DNA of 64,000 nucleotides from positions 92,628,001-92,692,000 of the forward strand of contig NC_082718.1 in the NCBI RefSeq assembly GCF_030144855.1, given 5' to 3'. Shown in pieces: positions 21,906-34,280 of the stretch. The notes beneath the pieces are model-generated. The model had not been told where the DNA came from and did not search any database. It saw only the letters and a list, made by a program, of their open reading frames with translations. Source of the DNA: Hypanus sabinus (Eukaryota). A program made the translations under genes and the position numbers. Each line of letters starts with the position of its first letter. Positions within the stretch are counted from its first letter, which is position 1.

Positions 21906-22913
21906 ATGGCGAACTCGACCCCGGAATGTGCTCCTGGTGAAGATGTTAACTCGTCCTACAACCCGCCCGTAATTATCGTCACATTCATCCTCGGGATTGT
22001 TGGAAATACGGTTGCCTTGTGGATCTTTTGTGCTCATATGAAGTCCCGGAATCCGAGTATTGTGTATTCACTGAATCTGATGATTGCGGACACTCTGTTA
22101 ATGTGCTGTCTCCCCTTCCGAGCTGATTATTTTCTCCGACAGAAGGACTGGAGTTTTGGTGAAGGACTGTGTCGACTGAACATATTCATGATTTCCCTGA
22201 ACCGGATTGGCAGCGTCTTTTTCCTCATGGTTATTGCGATCGATCGTTACTTTAAGGTGGTCCATCCACTCCACAAGGTAAACAAGATCACTACAAGGTG
22301 TGCGGTGATGATAGCCGGCGGTCTGTGGATTGTAGAGGTGGCTATTTGTTTGCACTTGCTGATAGACAAACATGATTTCAAACAACACAACGTGAGAAAC
22401 TGTGAGCCTTTCAGCATTAACAAGGCTCTGAGTCCCACAGCAGTTTGGACTGACTTTATTTTTATATTCTATCAGTTTCTTTTTCCAGTTTCAGTTATCC
22501 ACTTCTCTACGTCCTCCATCATCTGGAGGTTACGGCAGATGGAAACTGGAATGCGGGGTAAATATAAGCGAACTGTGAAACTTGTGACAGTCGTGGCTGC
22601 AGTTTTTGTCATTTGCTTCTTGCCCACCAGTGTTGCTGTGGTCGCGGTTTTGGTCACGAAACTAAGAAGACCCTTCGACTGCAAGTCGTATCACACAGCA
22701 GTGAATATCTTTTACAATACGCTGTTCATAACGTATCTGAACAGTGTGGTCGATCCCATTGTTTACTATTTTTCTACTTCGCAGTTTCAACATGCTTTAG
22801 AGAAGGCTCTACATGATCTCATTTTAAGCTCTTCCAGATCAGCCACTGAACCCGGAACATCCAGGGAGGAGCAGACTGTGGGTCGGCAAACGAGCTCTGT
22901 AACAGCTTTCTGA
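21906..22913 (+). CDS. HCAR/OXER1-like GPCR, type C copy 1 (335 aa, open frame)
   Basis: Full-length ORF with ATG at 21906, roughly 30 aa different from type A. Carries Glu in TM4 and His in TM5. Confidence 0.85.
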   Translation: MANSTPECAPGEDVNSSYNPPVIIVTFILGIVGNTVALWIFCAHMKSRNPSIVYSLNLMIADTLLMCCLPFRADYFLRQKDWSFGEGLCRLNIFMISLNRIGSVFFLMVIAIDRYFKVVHPLHKVNKITTRCAVMIAGGLWIVEVAICLHLLIDKHDFKQHNVRNCEPFSINKALSPTAVWTDFIFIFYQFLFPVSVIHFSTSSIIWRLRQMETGMRGKYKRTVKLVTVVAAVFVICFLPTSVAVVAVLVTKLRRPFDCKSYHTAVNIFYNTLFITYLNSVVDPIVYYFSTSQFQHALEKALHDLILSSSRSATEPGTSREEQTVGRQTSSVTAF

Positions 22914-23528
22914 TCGCTCCGGGTCCGCGTGAACTAGATGCCCTCAAAGCAAAGCTGATTCATGCGCCCGAAAGCAGAAAATGATCAAATGCTAATATTT
23001 TTCTGGAGGGTAAGTTGATCTGAACGAACAAGTTCCGTAATACACTTCCCTTTCTGTAAAGGAGAGATTGCATCTCATCTACAAATCTACGTTTATTTCA
23101 GAGCTTGTTCGTTAAGAAATTCTGCCTTTCTTTAAAGCAGTTACCCCAATTTTTTTATGCCTTGGGGCGTTACAATTATCTGAGGGGTCGGTGGACCACA
23201 GGTTGGAAATCCTGGTTTTAATGGAAGGGTTGTATGTTATGTATGGGTATTTAGGATTTCCTCTTTCCATAGAAGCAACCGCTTCCTCAGATGAATTCAA
23301 CCTGCGTGTCTCCATTGTAGCTAGCTTCTACCCGTTATAGTGGGCCAATCTCAGGTTGACTGACTGCCCATCAGTATCTGCAGTAATCTATTCATCCAAG
23401 AACAACCCTACCTATGGACTTTCAGTCAGAAGGAAAGTGATGTTAGGAGTTGCTGGGATGGTGCCAAACTGCATGCACCCAGAGGGTGGCTAATCTGTGG
23501 AATTCTTTGCCACGGATGACTGTAGAGG

Positions 23529-26500
23529 GCGTCAGCCGAATTACGTCCTCGATCAGTTGTACTTTCTTAGCATTACTACACGACTAAAGAAGCTATTCTT
23601 CGAGGAGCCAGAGAGGAACGGAAATTACTCTTTAATTCAACAGACATTCGTATAGTTGAAGATTATCCCCCCGAAATCTTTGCCGAAAGAAAGAAATATT
23701 GAGAAGTTATGAGTGAAATGTATAAATTAGATTTAAATCCCTCCCTTCGCTTTCCAGCAAAGCTGATAATTTTCCGTGAAAAATCTCAACCATTGAGAAT
23801 CTACTCTCCTCACAAGGGATGAGAGTATATTAAAAAGTTTAAAGTTAAGCATACTGAATAAAATATTAAAGATATATCGATTATTCAATAGCCAATTTTG
23901 AAGTATCTGTTATATGAGTTGTTTATGGGGCTTTTGAGTTAAGTACATGTTATACCTTTTCACTCTCTGGTAGTCTCTCTGGTGGTAGATGTAATTCTGT
24001 TTTTTTACCTTAATTAATACATATATAACTGTTTTGTAGGGAACGTTTATAGTATTGTACTTTAGTGGTCCGTGTAGGAGCTGTTGTGTATTAATCTTTG
24101 TATTTTTTTATTTGTTTCAATACGTATAGTTTTAGGTCTGTTATGTACATATATTCATTTATTTTTCTTTTTCGAGAGAAAGAATATACTTTGTAACAAT
24201 ATTTACTCGGATTTATTCTTTCTTTTGAATATGTGTTTAAGCTACTTTAGCTGATTCTAAGATGGCCGTGGTTGATTATGTTTTTATTAATGTTAGACAC
24301 AACATTATAGTAGTTGAATTCTGTTTGTGCCTTTTATTATAGCTATTTTCCGTGGGATTTCTGTTTTTTTTATATATGGAGCTGCAAGTTGGAGAACAGG
24401 GTCAAAGGTGATTAGTTAGCATGTGACCAGCCTATTGGCTTCTTCCTTTCTATCTATTGGACGGGGGGAGGGGGCAGGGGTCTATTACAGTCGGTGTTTT
24501 TTTCTTGATTGGGCAGTTCTTTTGATGGATTTCTCTATCGTAAATGTGTCACCCCTTCCGTTTGTACCCGCGACTTTGGTTTAATCTGTACTTAAGTAAC
24601 ATTTCTTTTATATAATATTAAACTCAATTTTAAACATGGATGTTAATAAAATTAATATAATATCTTGGAATTGGAACAGTGTCAATCATCCCATTAAGCT
24701 TAAAAAGATTTTTAAGAAATTAAACACACAATGCTGATACTATTTTTGCGCAAGAAAATCATATACGAAAACAGGATGGGGATAGATTTTTTCGCTTTTG
24801 GAAAGGTTCTCTTTTTCCCTCACTGTCGGATAGTAAAACAAGAGGCGTTTCTATATTACTTAGTCTCAAAACCCTTTTTGTACACCTTAATACTACTACT
24901 GATTTGATTGGAAGATATTTAATTGTTACTGGTTTATTATGCGAGTAAAAGGTAACTCTGGTGAGTGTATACGCACCTAATGTAGATAATTCTGATTTTT
25001 TAACGAAACTTTTTTCAGTGTTCCCGAATCTCAATGAATATAAACTGATCATGGGTGGTGACTTTAACTGTTGCTTAAATCCTGCGATTGACAGGTCATC
25101 AACCAATCCGTCGCGTCCTAATAAGGCGGCAGCTTATATTAACTCTTTTTTATTAGAATATGGCCTTGTTGATATTTGGAGATATAAACACCCGAATGAT
25201 AAAGATTTCTCCTTTTTTTCACACGTCCATCACAAATATTCTCGAATTGATTACTTTTTTTTAGATACACGTCTGTTGTACTCCGTTGCTGAATGTGCGT
25301 ATGACAGCATTGCGCTTTCAGATCACGCGCCTTTAAAGTTAACCTTTAAGCTCCCGGATAGAGTTTTGAAAATCTCACAGTGGAGACTGAAGTCCGTTTT
25401 GTTACGGGATCCAGCATTTGTTAATTTTATTAAGGAGCAAATTTCTATATTGTTTGAATTTAATACAACGGAAGGAATGTCAAATCTGCTTATATGGGAC
25501 ACCTTGAAATCTTTTTGAGGGGACAGATAATCTCATATTCAGCAGCCTTGAGAAAGAAAACGAAAGCGGAATTGTCAGTGCTTATTAATAAAATTAAACA
25601 GATAGATAAAGCGTATTCAGTTAAACCTACTGAAGACCTATATAAAGAAAGGGTCGAACTTCAATCACAGTATGATTTAGTTCTGACCGTTCCCATTGAA
25701 CAGCAAATTTTTAAATCTAAAAGTTTATTTTATATACATGGGGAAAAATCTGCTAAACTTTTAGCGGGTCAGTTAAAGGCTGGGATGATCAGAAGACAGA
25801 TTTTAAAAATTCGCCGACCAGATAGAAAAGAATCTTTAGATCCTTATGAAATTAATAAGATATTTATGGACTTTTATTCTAATGTTTATAAATCTGAATT
25901 CTCTGATATTAATATTACTATGAATAGATTTTTGCAAAGGTTAAACATACCTCAAATTTTGATTCCAGATGCTGATATGTTAGATGCACCTATTAAATAA
26001 GAGGAGATAGCCAAGGCTATATCCTCTATGCAATTAGGTAAAGCTCCGGGATCTGATGGTTATACGGTAGAATTTTATAAGATCTTTCACGAAACGCTTA
26101 TAACGCATCTTCATCAAACGTTCACTGATTCGACATCTTCCGGGAACCTTCCTAAAACTTTTTATGAAGCACTAATTTCATTGATTCCATAAAAAGGGAA
26201 AGACCCACTGGAATGAGTATCCAATAGACATAGTTCTTTACCGAATGTAGATTTTAAAATCCTCTGTAAGATTCTAGCAAATGGTCTTGAGAGTATCTTG
26301 CCTAATGTTATCTCAAACGATCAAACAGGATTTATTAAAAATAGGTAATCACATTTTAATATTCGAATATTATTAAATATCATTTATTCCCCTTCAACCA
26401 AAGAATCTGAATGTGTTGTATCTTTGGAGGCAGAGAAAGCCTTTGATAGGGTGGAGTGGCCTTATCTATTTCAGGTTTTGAAGAGGTTCCATTTTGGTCC

Positions 26501-28811
26501 AGGATTTATCTCCTGGATTAAATTGATTTATCATGCCCCGGTAGCTGTGGTTCTCACTAATAACCAAAAGTATCCTTGCTTTAGATTATATAGAGGTACC
26601 CGTCAGGGCAGTCCCCTTAGCCCTCTATTATTTAATTTGGCTTTCGAACCACTTGCTATTGCTCTTAGGGATTCTAATTCTGTGCAGGGTATTAGGAGAG
26701 GGGGTAAATTTCATAAAGTTTCCTTATGCGCAGATGATTTATTAGTTGACATTTCAAATCCTAAGAAATCTATTCCTTCTATGTTATCTATATTTATGGA
26801 ATTTTGTACTTTTTCTGGATATAAACTTAATTTACATAATAATGAATTATTTCCTATTAATAATTATTTTGATCAAATACCTTTTAATATTGCCAAAAGC
26901 CATTTTACTGACCTTGGTATCAAAATTACAAGAAAGTTTAAAGACCTGTATAGGTATAATTTCTTCCTTTTAGTTGAATATACTCAACAGTCGCTTTCCA
27001 AATGGTCACCTATGTCAATGTCATTGATAGGTCGAATAAATGGTATAAAATGTTTATTCTACCGAAATTTTAATATATATTTCAAGCAGTTTCCTCTTTT
27101 GTTCCAAAAACATTGTTTGATAAAAGAGACTCTCTGATTTTGTCTTATGTTTGGAAGAATAAAAGCTCTAGAGTGAATAAACTTTAATTGCAAAAATCAA
27201 AAAAAGATGGGAGAGCTGGCTTTACCAAACTTTAGATTTTATTATTGGGGAATTAATATTCGCTATATTACATTTTGGATTTATGGTATAGGCGATCAAG
27301 ATCACCCTTCATGGTTACAGCTGGAGGAAAATTCAGTACTGGGGTTTTCGTTAGCTTCTTTATCAGGAGCTCATCTTCCCTTTTTGTTCTCCAGAATAGG
27401 TAAACAAGCTCTTAACCCTATTGTTAAACATACTTTAAAAATCTGGTTTCAATTTCGTAGATTTTTTGAATTAAATGATTTTTTACTTTCTAGTAATATT
27501 TATTTGAAATTTCTTTTTTAAACCAACTTTGGATAAGGCTTTTCTAACATGGAAAATTAAGGGAATAAAAACGTTTTTAGATTTGTTTTTGCAAGACTGT
27601 TTAATGTCTTTTTCACAGTTAATGGATAAATATGATATCTCGAATACACATTTTTTCAGGTATTTACAGGTTGGAAATTTCTTACGTGATTTTTTACCAA
27701 ATTACCCCTTGATCTGCTCTTCAAATTTGGCTCATGTTATTAATAGCTATCATTTATAAACAGTTAATGAATGCTCGCACATCACCTAATGATAGGATTC
27801 AACGCCCCCTGGGAAGTAGAACTTCAGCATTCACTCTCAGATAAGCAATGGAGTAAAATTTATTATTTAGTTAATAATTCATCTCTCTGCGTACACCATA
27901 TTTTAATTCAGTTTAAGATAGTACATAGATGTCCAAAGATAAATTGGCGCATATTTTTCCTAATATATGCCCTGTTTGTGATAGATGTAATGCAGAAGCG
28001 GCTACTCTAACCCATTTGTTTTCATCATGTGTAAGTTTAAATAATTTTTGTAGAGATGTGTTTGGAATATTATCTAAAGTTATAGATATGGATGTTCAAC
28101 CTAATCCACACAGCAATTTTTGGGATTTCCCAGAGGAAGCAAGCAAAGTGTCTGCCTCCGCCAAACATGTGATAGCTTTTTCAACTTTACTGGGTAGGAG
28201 AGCTATGTTGCTACACTGGAAAGAATCTAACTCACCCACTGTTAGCTATTGGCTGTCCTCCATCATGTCATGTTTAAGCTTGGAGAAAATTAGAAGCCGG
28301 ACATTTGATACATCTTTTGATTTTGAACAAGTCTGACAACCCTTTATTCATTATTTTCACATGATTTAATTTATCTTTATCTATCTATCTATTTGTTTAT
28401 TTATTTAATCTTTATTCTCTTTGGAGAATATCCTTGTCCATGAAGGTTCGGAAGGATGAGTTTTTTTTCTCTCTCTCTCTTTCTTTTTAAAGTGTATCCT
28501 CATTTGGACTGCCCAATCTTTCTTTTTCTCTTTTTTGATTTAGTTTACTTAGTGGGGTTTTTCTTTCTCTATCAATAAAATTACGAATCTTTTTTTTACG
28601 ATTGCCATGAGGAGTTGTAATGTCTCTCTGCCCTTTGTATATATAACAGCATAATATATTACCTATTTGTGTTTGATATTATATGCTTTTTGTCTTTAAT
28701 ATTGCTGTTTATATGTCTTTTATATTATCTACTTGTTTAACTCCTCTTTCGATTTGTATTTGTATATTCATTATTTGAAAATCTATATAAAAGATTGAAA
28801 AATGAAATGAA
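23529..28811 (+). mobile_element. 5'-truncated L1-clade LINE (~5.3 kb) with complete but degenerate ORF2
   Basis: ORF1 end, ~0.8 kb spacer, ORF2 24636-28369 with EN, RT (LCADD in place of YADD) and CCHC, multiple stops and frameshifts. TSD atgactgt(a/g)g(a/c)gg at 23516 and 28812. Confidence 0.95.
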
Positions 28812-29879
28812 ATGACTGTGGCGGTGAAATCATTGGGTATAATTAAAGTGGAGGTCGATGAGTCATTGATTAATCAGGGCATCAGAGGTATGGGGATGAG
28901 ACAGGAGAACAGGATCGTGAAGAATAAAAAATCAATCATGATGGAATGATGGAGCAGAATCGATGGGCTGAATGGCCCAATTCTGCTCCTATGTCTTATG
29001 GGTGGCAATGAAGGTGCCAGAGTGCTGTAAGAGCCTGTCTGCTATACTAATGTTAAAATAATTATGCTAACCTGGTCGGCTCCATCTAGGAATGTCAACC
29101 AACAGCAATTTACTTGCTCTAATTCTTTGGAAATGACTGTTGTGGATCACTTGTTTGCAGCTAAGAACTCCAACACAAGATGGCAGTGTTGAAAAGAATG
29201 AACACCGAACCTCCTTTGTGAAAAATGTCTTTACAAACAAGGGCGTGTGGGATACTGGGATAGCAGGTGCTTGCCACATCCTGCCCCCAAACCCTCCCCA
29301 CGCACCCACAGAACCCAATTAAAATATTTCCAGCGTTCTTTTTTCACATTATTTCACACAGGCCAGCCTGAGCTTCAGTACGTCTATGCATACGTGCACG
29401 ATTGCACACATGCAGATAGTTGAATTGGGGAGGCTAGAATGTGGAAGAACGTTGTGATGCACGGTCGTGTGTGCTCAGATATATGCTTGTGATTTAACTG
29501 CATGCTTGCTCGTATGTAGAGGTACGCTAGTTATTGAGAACTATGAGTAGGGCAGCTGTGCAGCAGTGAATGATTTTAATATGCACTGAACTGCCTCACC
29601 ACATTATAAGCATCACGATGGAGTGTGGCCTGAGAGACTGTTGCTGCCTCTCCTCCCAGAAGCATGGGGAAACGTGTCCAGGCTGCATGAAGGAGAGCCG
29701 AACTGACTTTTAACTTCCATTCTGCAGATATTTGTGGTAATACGAAATCTACTCTAGGAATGTGTTTATCTCTCTGTACTCTGTGAGTAATATGCACAGA
29801 ACTGCAATTAAATATATTTAGATGGATTTGAATAATAGTTTGCTCATTTCACTGAGGGCATCTGCAGGACCAATTTACC

Positions 29880-31035
29880 AGTACCCTGAGACCTCATCCT
29901 TAATGATCAACTCTGACATCTTCCCAACACTGAGGTGAGATGAACTGGCCTACAGTTTCCTTTTCCTTTCTCTCTCCTTTTTTGAAGAGTGTGGTGACTT
30001 TGGCAATTTTCCCATCTTCCGGAACCATTCCAGAATCCAGTGATTCTTGAAAGATCATGCCTGATGTCTCCACAATCTCTTCAGAACTCTGGAGTGCACA
30101 CTATCTGGTAGAGGTAACTTATCTACCTTCAGACCTTCCAGCTTTCCAAGAGTCTTCTCTCTAGTCATGGCAGCTTCTCACACTTCACAAACCCTGTCAC
30201 TGGAGCCGCCACCTTCCTGCTAGTGTCTTCCACAGTGAAAATGGATGCCAAATGATTGCTCTGTTTCTTTGCTATTTCATAGCCTCCCATTACTACCAGT
30301 CCAGCGTGATTTTGCAATGGTCCAATATCCACTCTCACCTCTCTTTTACACTTCATGTATCTGACGAAACTGATGGTATTAAACTCTTTAATATAATTGC
30401 TAAGCTTACTTCTGTATTGCATCCTGACCTTCCTAGTGATATTATTATTGCCTTCTGTTGCTTTTTGAAAGCTCCCCAATCCTCTAACTTCCCACTAATT
30501 TTCACTCTATTGTATGCTGTCTCTTTGGCTTTTATGTTGGCTTTGACTTCTCTAGTTAGCCATGGTTTGTTATCTTTCCTTTAAAGTGCTTCATCCTCTC
30601 TGGGATGTATATATCCTCAGTTTTCTGAATAGGTTTCAGAAATTCCAGCCATTGCTGCTCTACTGTCTGCCCTGCCAGTGTTCTTTTCCAATCAATTCTG
30701 GCCAACTCCTCTCTATTTTTCTGTAATTCCCTTTACTCCACTGTAATGCTGATACATCTGACTTTAGCATCTCCTTCTCAGATTTCAGGGTGCAATCAAT
30801 CAAATTATGATCACTTTCCCCTGAGGTTTCTTTTACCTTAAGGTCTCTAGTCAATTCTGCTTTATCGCACAACACCCAATCCAGAATAGCTGGCCTTCTA
30901 GTGGGCTCAACCAGCAGCTGCTCTAGAAAGCCCTCTCATAGGCACTTTGGAAATCCCCCTCTCCAGTAATCCAGCACCAACTTGATTTTCCCAATCTACC
31001 TGCTTATTGAATTCCCCCAAGACTGTTGTAATATT
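29880..31035 (-). mobile_element. CR1 internal fragment
   Basis: Reverse complement of 5540-6695; includes ORFs 30165-30479 and 30660-30875. Confidence 0.85.
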
Positions 31036-31556
31036 GCCTTTCTGCATGTCTTGCATTGAATCTTATGCTTTCTGGGAGCAAAGTTAACAAACTTTGAATA
31101 TAACTTATCAATTCTTTGAATTTTGCTGTACGCAGAACGTCAGATATGAATATTCTGAGTAAGTTTATTTGTCTGTGAAATGTTGTGACTGTGTTACTGT
31201 TATGCTTTGGACAATGGAGAAATCAGCCCAGGAATGGGTCTCCAGTGAGGCTGTCTATTCTGCTCATAGCCCACCAGTAAATTGTACCACAATCATACTC
31301 AGTCTAATCAGAAAAACAACTCTTTGTAGGTATTATAGTTTCATCTAAAATCATGGGAACTATTGTGCAAATGCAAATATAAATGAATAGCAATAAATGA
31401 GGTGAAAATGAAGTAACAATGAACAAGTAAATTTATGTGTTCATAAAGTGTGATGATTGGTTGTGGGAACAGCTGAAACAGAATGAGTGTTGTTTTTGTT
31501 CCAGAGCTTGATGGTTGGGGGTAGCAACTGTTGTTGAACTTGAAGAAACTCAGTGC

Positions 31557-31986
31557 AATTGTTGTTTGAACCAAACATTAGAGATGGGAGGAAATGTGAT
31601 CTAAATGACTTTGGCCATAGAATGATTGTTGGTTCCAGATGGGGTGGACTGAATATATCAGGAAGTGCTGATCTTTGGGACTTTCACTCACAACAGTATA
31701 GAGAGTGGACCAAAAAACAAACAAACAAAAAAAAAAAACATCCAGTGAGAAGCAGTTCTGTTGGTGAAAACGTTTTGTTAATGAGAGGTCAGAGGCGAAT
31801 GGCCAGATGGGTTCTTGCTGACAGGAACTCCAATAACCATGTGTTGCAACAGCGTGGTGCAAATGAGCATCTCTGAATGCTGAGCCTTGAAATAGATTGG
31901 CTACAGCTGCAGAGGACTACGAACATACAGTCGGTCGCCTCTTTATTAGGTCGAGGGTTTACCTAATAAAGGGGCCACTGAGTGTA
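31557..31986 (+). mobile_element. Tc1/mariner remnant
   Basis: ORF 31553-31876 resembles a Tc1 transposase N-terminus; terminal palindrome at 31926-31986. Confidence 0.78.
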
Positions 31987-32457
31987 TTGTAACCTGTGAT
32001 CAAATCCTCAACGTGTGTGCAGCAGCTGTTTCTAGGCTATTATTCGTGAGTGGGAACGTGAATGATGCCAACGTTCATTCTGGATCTGGCAGCTAACAGG
32101 GCACCTGAAATCGGGGCCTTACTGAGAACGGAAGGGCACACTTCCACTCTGACCATTTGAGATTGCTTTTAGTTTAACACCACATACCCTGGAAGGGAAG
32201 GGAGGGAGTCAGTCTGAGTGAAGAAATGGAATGAGGAATTGCTTCTAATATGGTTAAAGAGCTGACGGTGAAAGAAGCTGCGTACTTCATAGTGAGGCTT
32301 GCCACAGTTCCACTTATGTGACAAAGTGCACGTTCAGTGTGGCTTATGGCAACTAACAACTTCAAACAAACTCATTCGACGAAGTCCAGCTTGTTCAACT
32401 TCGAATGAGTTCGCTCCGCTCTGAAACATCTTGACTGTGCGGCCGCTTTTTTGTACA

Positions 32458-33465
32458 ATGGCGAACTCGACCCCGGAATGTGCTCCTGGTGAAGATGTTA
32501 ACTCGTCCTACAACCCGCCCGTAATTATCGTCACATTCATCCCCGGGATTGTTGGAAATACGGTTGCTTTGTGGATCTTTTGTATTCATGTGAAGTCCCG
32601 GAAACCGAGTATTGTGTATTCACTGAATCTGATGATTGCGGACACTCTGTTAATGTGCTGTCTACCCTTCCGAGCTGATTATTTTCTCCGAGGGAAGGAC
32701 TGGATTTTTGGTGAAGGACTGTGTCGACTGAACGTGTTCATGATTTCCCTGAACCGGATTGGCAGCGTCTTTTTCCTCATGGTTATTGCGATCGATCGTT
32801 ACCTTAAGGTGGTTCATCCACTCCACAAAGTAAACAAGATCCCTACAAGGTGTGCGGTGATGATAGCCGGCGGTCTGTGGATTGTAGCGGTGGCTATTTG
32901 TTTGCACTTGCTGTTCGCCAAACATGACTTCAAACAGCACAACGTGACAAACTGTGAGCCTTTCAGTATTAACAAGGGTCTGAGTGCCCCAGCAATTTGG
33001 ACAGACTTTATTTTTATATTCTTTAAGTTTCTTTTGCCAGTTTCAGTAATCCTCTTCTCTACGTCCTCCATCATCTGGAGGTTACGGCAGATGGAAGCTG
33101 GAATGCGGGGTAAATATAAGCGAACTGTGAAACTTGTGACAGCCGTGGCTGCAGTTTTTGTCATTTGCTTCTTGCCCACCAGTGTTGCTGTGGTCGCGGT
33201 TTTGGTCACTAAGCTAAGAAGTCCCTTCGACTGCAAGTCGTATCACACAGCAGTGAATATCTTTTACAATACGCTGTTTATAACGTATCTGAACAGTGTG
33301 GTCGATCCCATTGTTTACTATTTTTCTACTTCGCAGTTTCAACATGCTTTCGAGAAGGCTCTATTTGATCTTAATTTAAGCTCTTCCAAATCAGTCACTG
33401 AACCCGGAACATCCAGGGAGGAGCAGACTGTGGATCAGCAAACGAGCTCTGTAACAGCTTTCTGA
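32458..33465 (+). CDS. HCAR/OXER1-like GPCR, type A copy 2 (335 aa, open frame)
   Basis: Near-identical to 107-1114 at offset 32351. Has Leu>Pro in TM1 (FIPGIVGN). Confidence 0.85.
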   Translation: MANSTPECAPGEDVNSSYNPPVIIVTFIPGIVGNTVALWIFCIHVKSRKPSIVYSLNLMIADTLLMCCLPFRADYFLRGKDWIFGEGLCRLNVFMISLNRIGSVFFLMVIAIDRYLKVVHPLHKVNKIPTRCAVMIAGGLWIVAVAICLHLLFAKHDFKQHNVTNCEPFSINKGLSAPAIWTDFIFIFFKFLLPVSVILFSTSSIIWRLRQMEAGMRGKYKRTVKLVTAVAAVFVICFLPTSVAVVAVLVTKLRSPFDCKSYHTAVNIFYNTLFITYLNSVVDPIVYYFSTSQFQHAFEKALFDLNLSSSKSVTEPGTSREEQTVDQQTSSVTAF

Positions 33466-34280
33466 TCGCTCAGGGTCCGCGTGAACTAGATGCCCTCAAA
33501 GCAAAGGTGATTAATGCGCCCGAAATCAGAAATTTATCAAATGGTAATAATTTTCTGAAGGGTAAGTTGATCTGAACGAACAAGTTCCGTAATACACTTC
33601 CCTTTCTGTAAAGGAGAGATTGCATCTTATCTACAAAACTAACTTTATTTCAGAGCTTGTTCGTTAAGAAATTCTTCCTTTCTTTAAAGCAGTTTCCCCA
33701 ATTTTTTTTATGCCTTGGGGGCCTTACAGTTATCTGAGGGGTCGGTGGACCACAGGTTGGAAATCCTGTTTTAAGTGAAAGGGTTCTGTGTTATGTATGG
33801 GTATTTAGGATTTCCTCTTTCCATAGAAGCAACTGCTTCCTCAGATGAATTCAACCTGCGTGTCTCCATTGTAGCTAGCTTCTACCCGTTATAGTGGGCC
33901 AATCTCAGGTTGACTGACTGCCCATCAGTATCTGCGGTAATCTATTCATCCAAGTACAACCCTACCTATGGACTTTCAGTCAGAAGGGAAGTGATGTTAG
34001 GAGTTGCTGGGATGGTGCCAAGCTGCATGCACCCATATCGTGATGGTACTGGAACCGGATTCTAGAAAAAAGCCTATTCTAGTGAACTGGAGACAGGAAC
34101 CGAAGTGCTGGTTCGAAATTAGAGAATTTATTTTCAGTAGATAAAATTGAAATCTGGAATGAAGAAGGGATGTCAGTCTTGAAGAAGGATTATCAGGATT
34201 TGCAACAGAGATGACTATGAACTTCTTTAACTAGAGGGTGGCGAATCTGTGGAATTCTTTGCCACGGATGACTGCAGAGG

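Larger units (their letters stand above)
1..32351 (+). repeat. ~32.3 kb higher-order tandem repeat, unit 1
   Basis: Genes and repeats recur at offsets of about 32270-32360 (80/32431, 2071/34431, 9454/41801, 17379/49665, 21879/54166, 30165/62460). Confidence 0.97.

Noticed and set aside
24636-28369. Active L1 retrotransposon or L1-mediated transduction of the GPCR
   Set aside because: ORF2 has many stops and frameshifts and an altered YADD, ORF1 is 5'-truncated, the gene lies outside the TSDs, and all copies share one insertion site.
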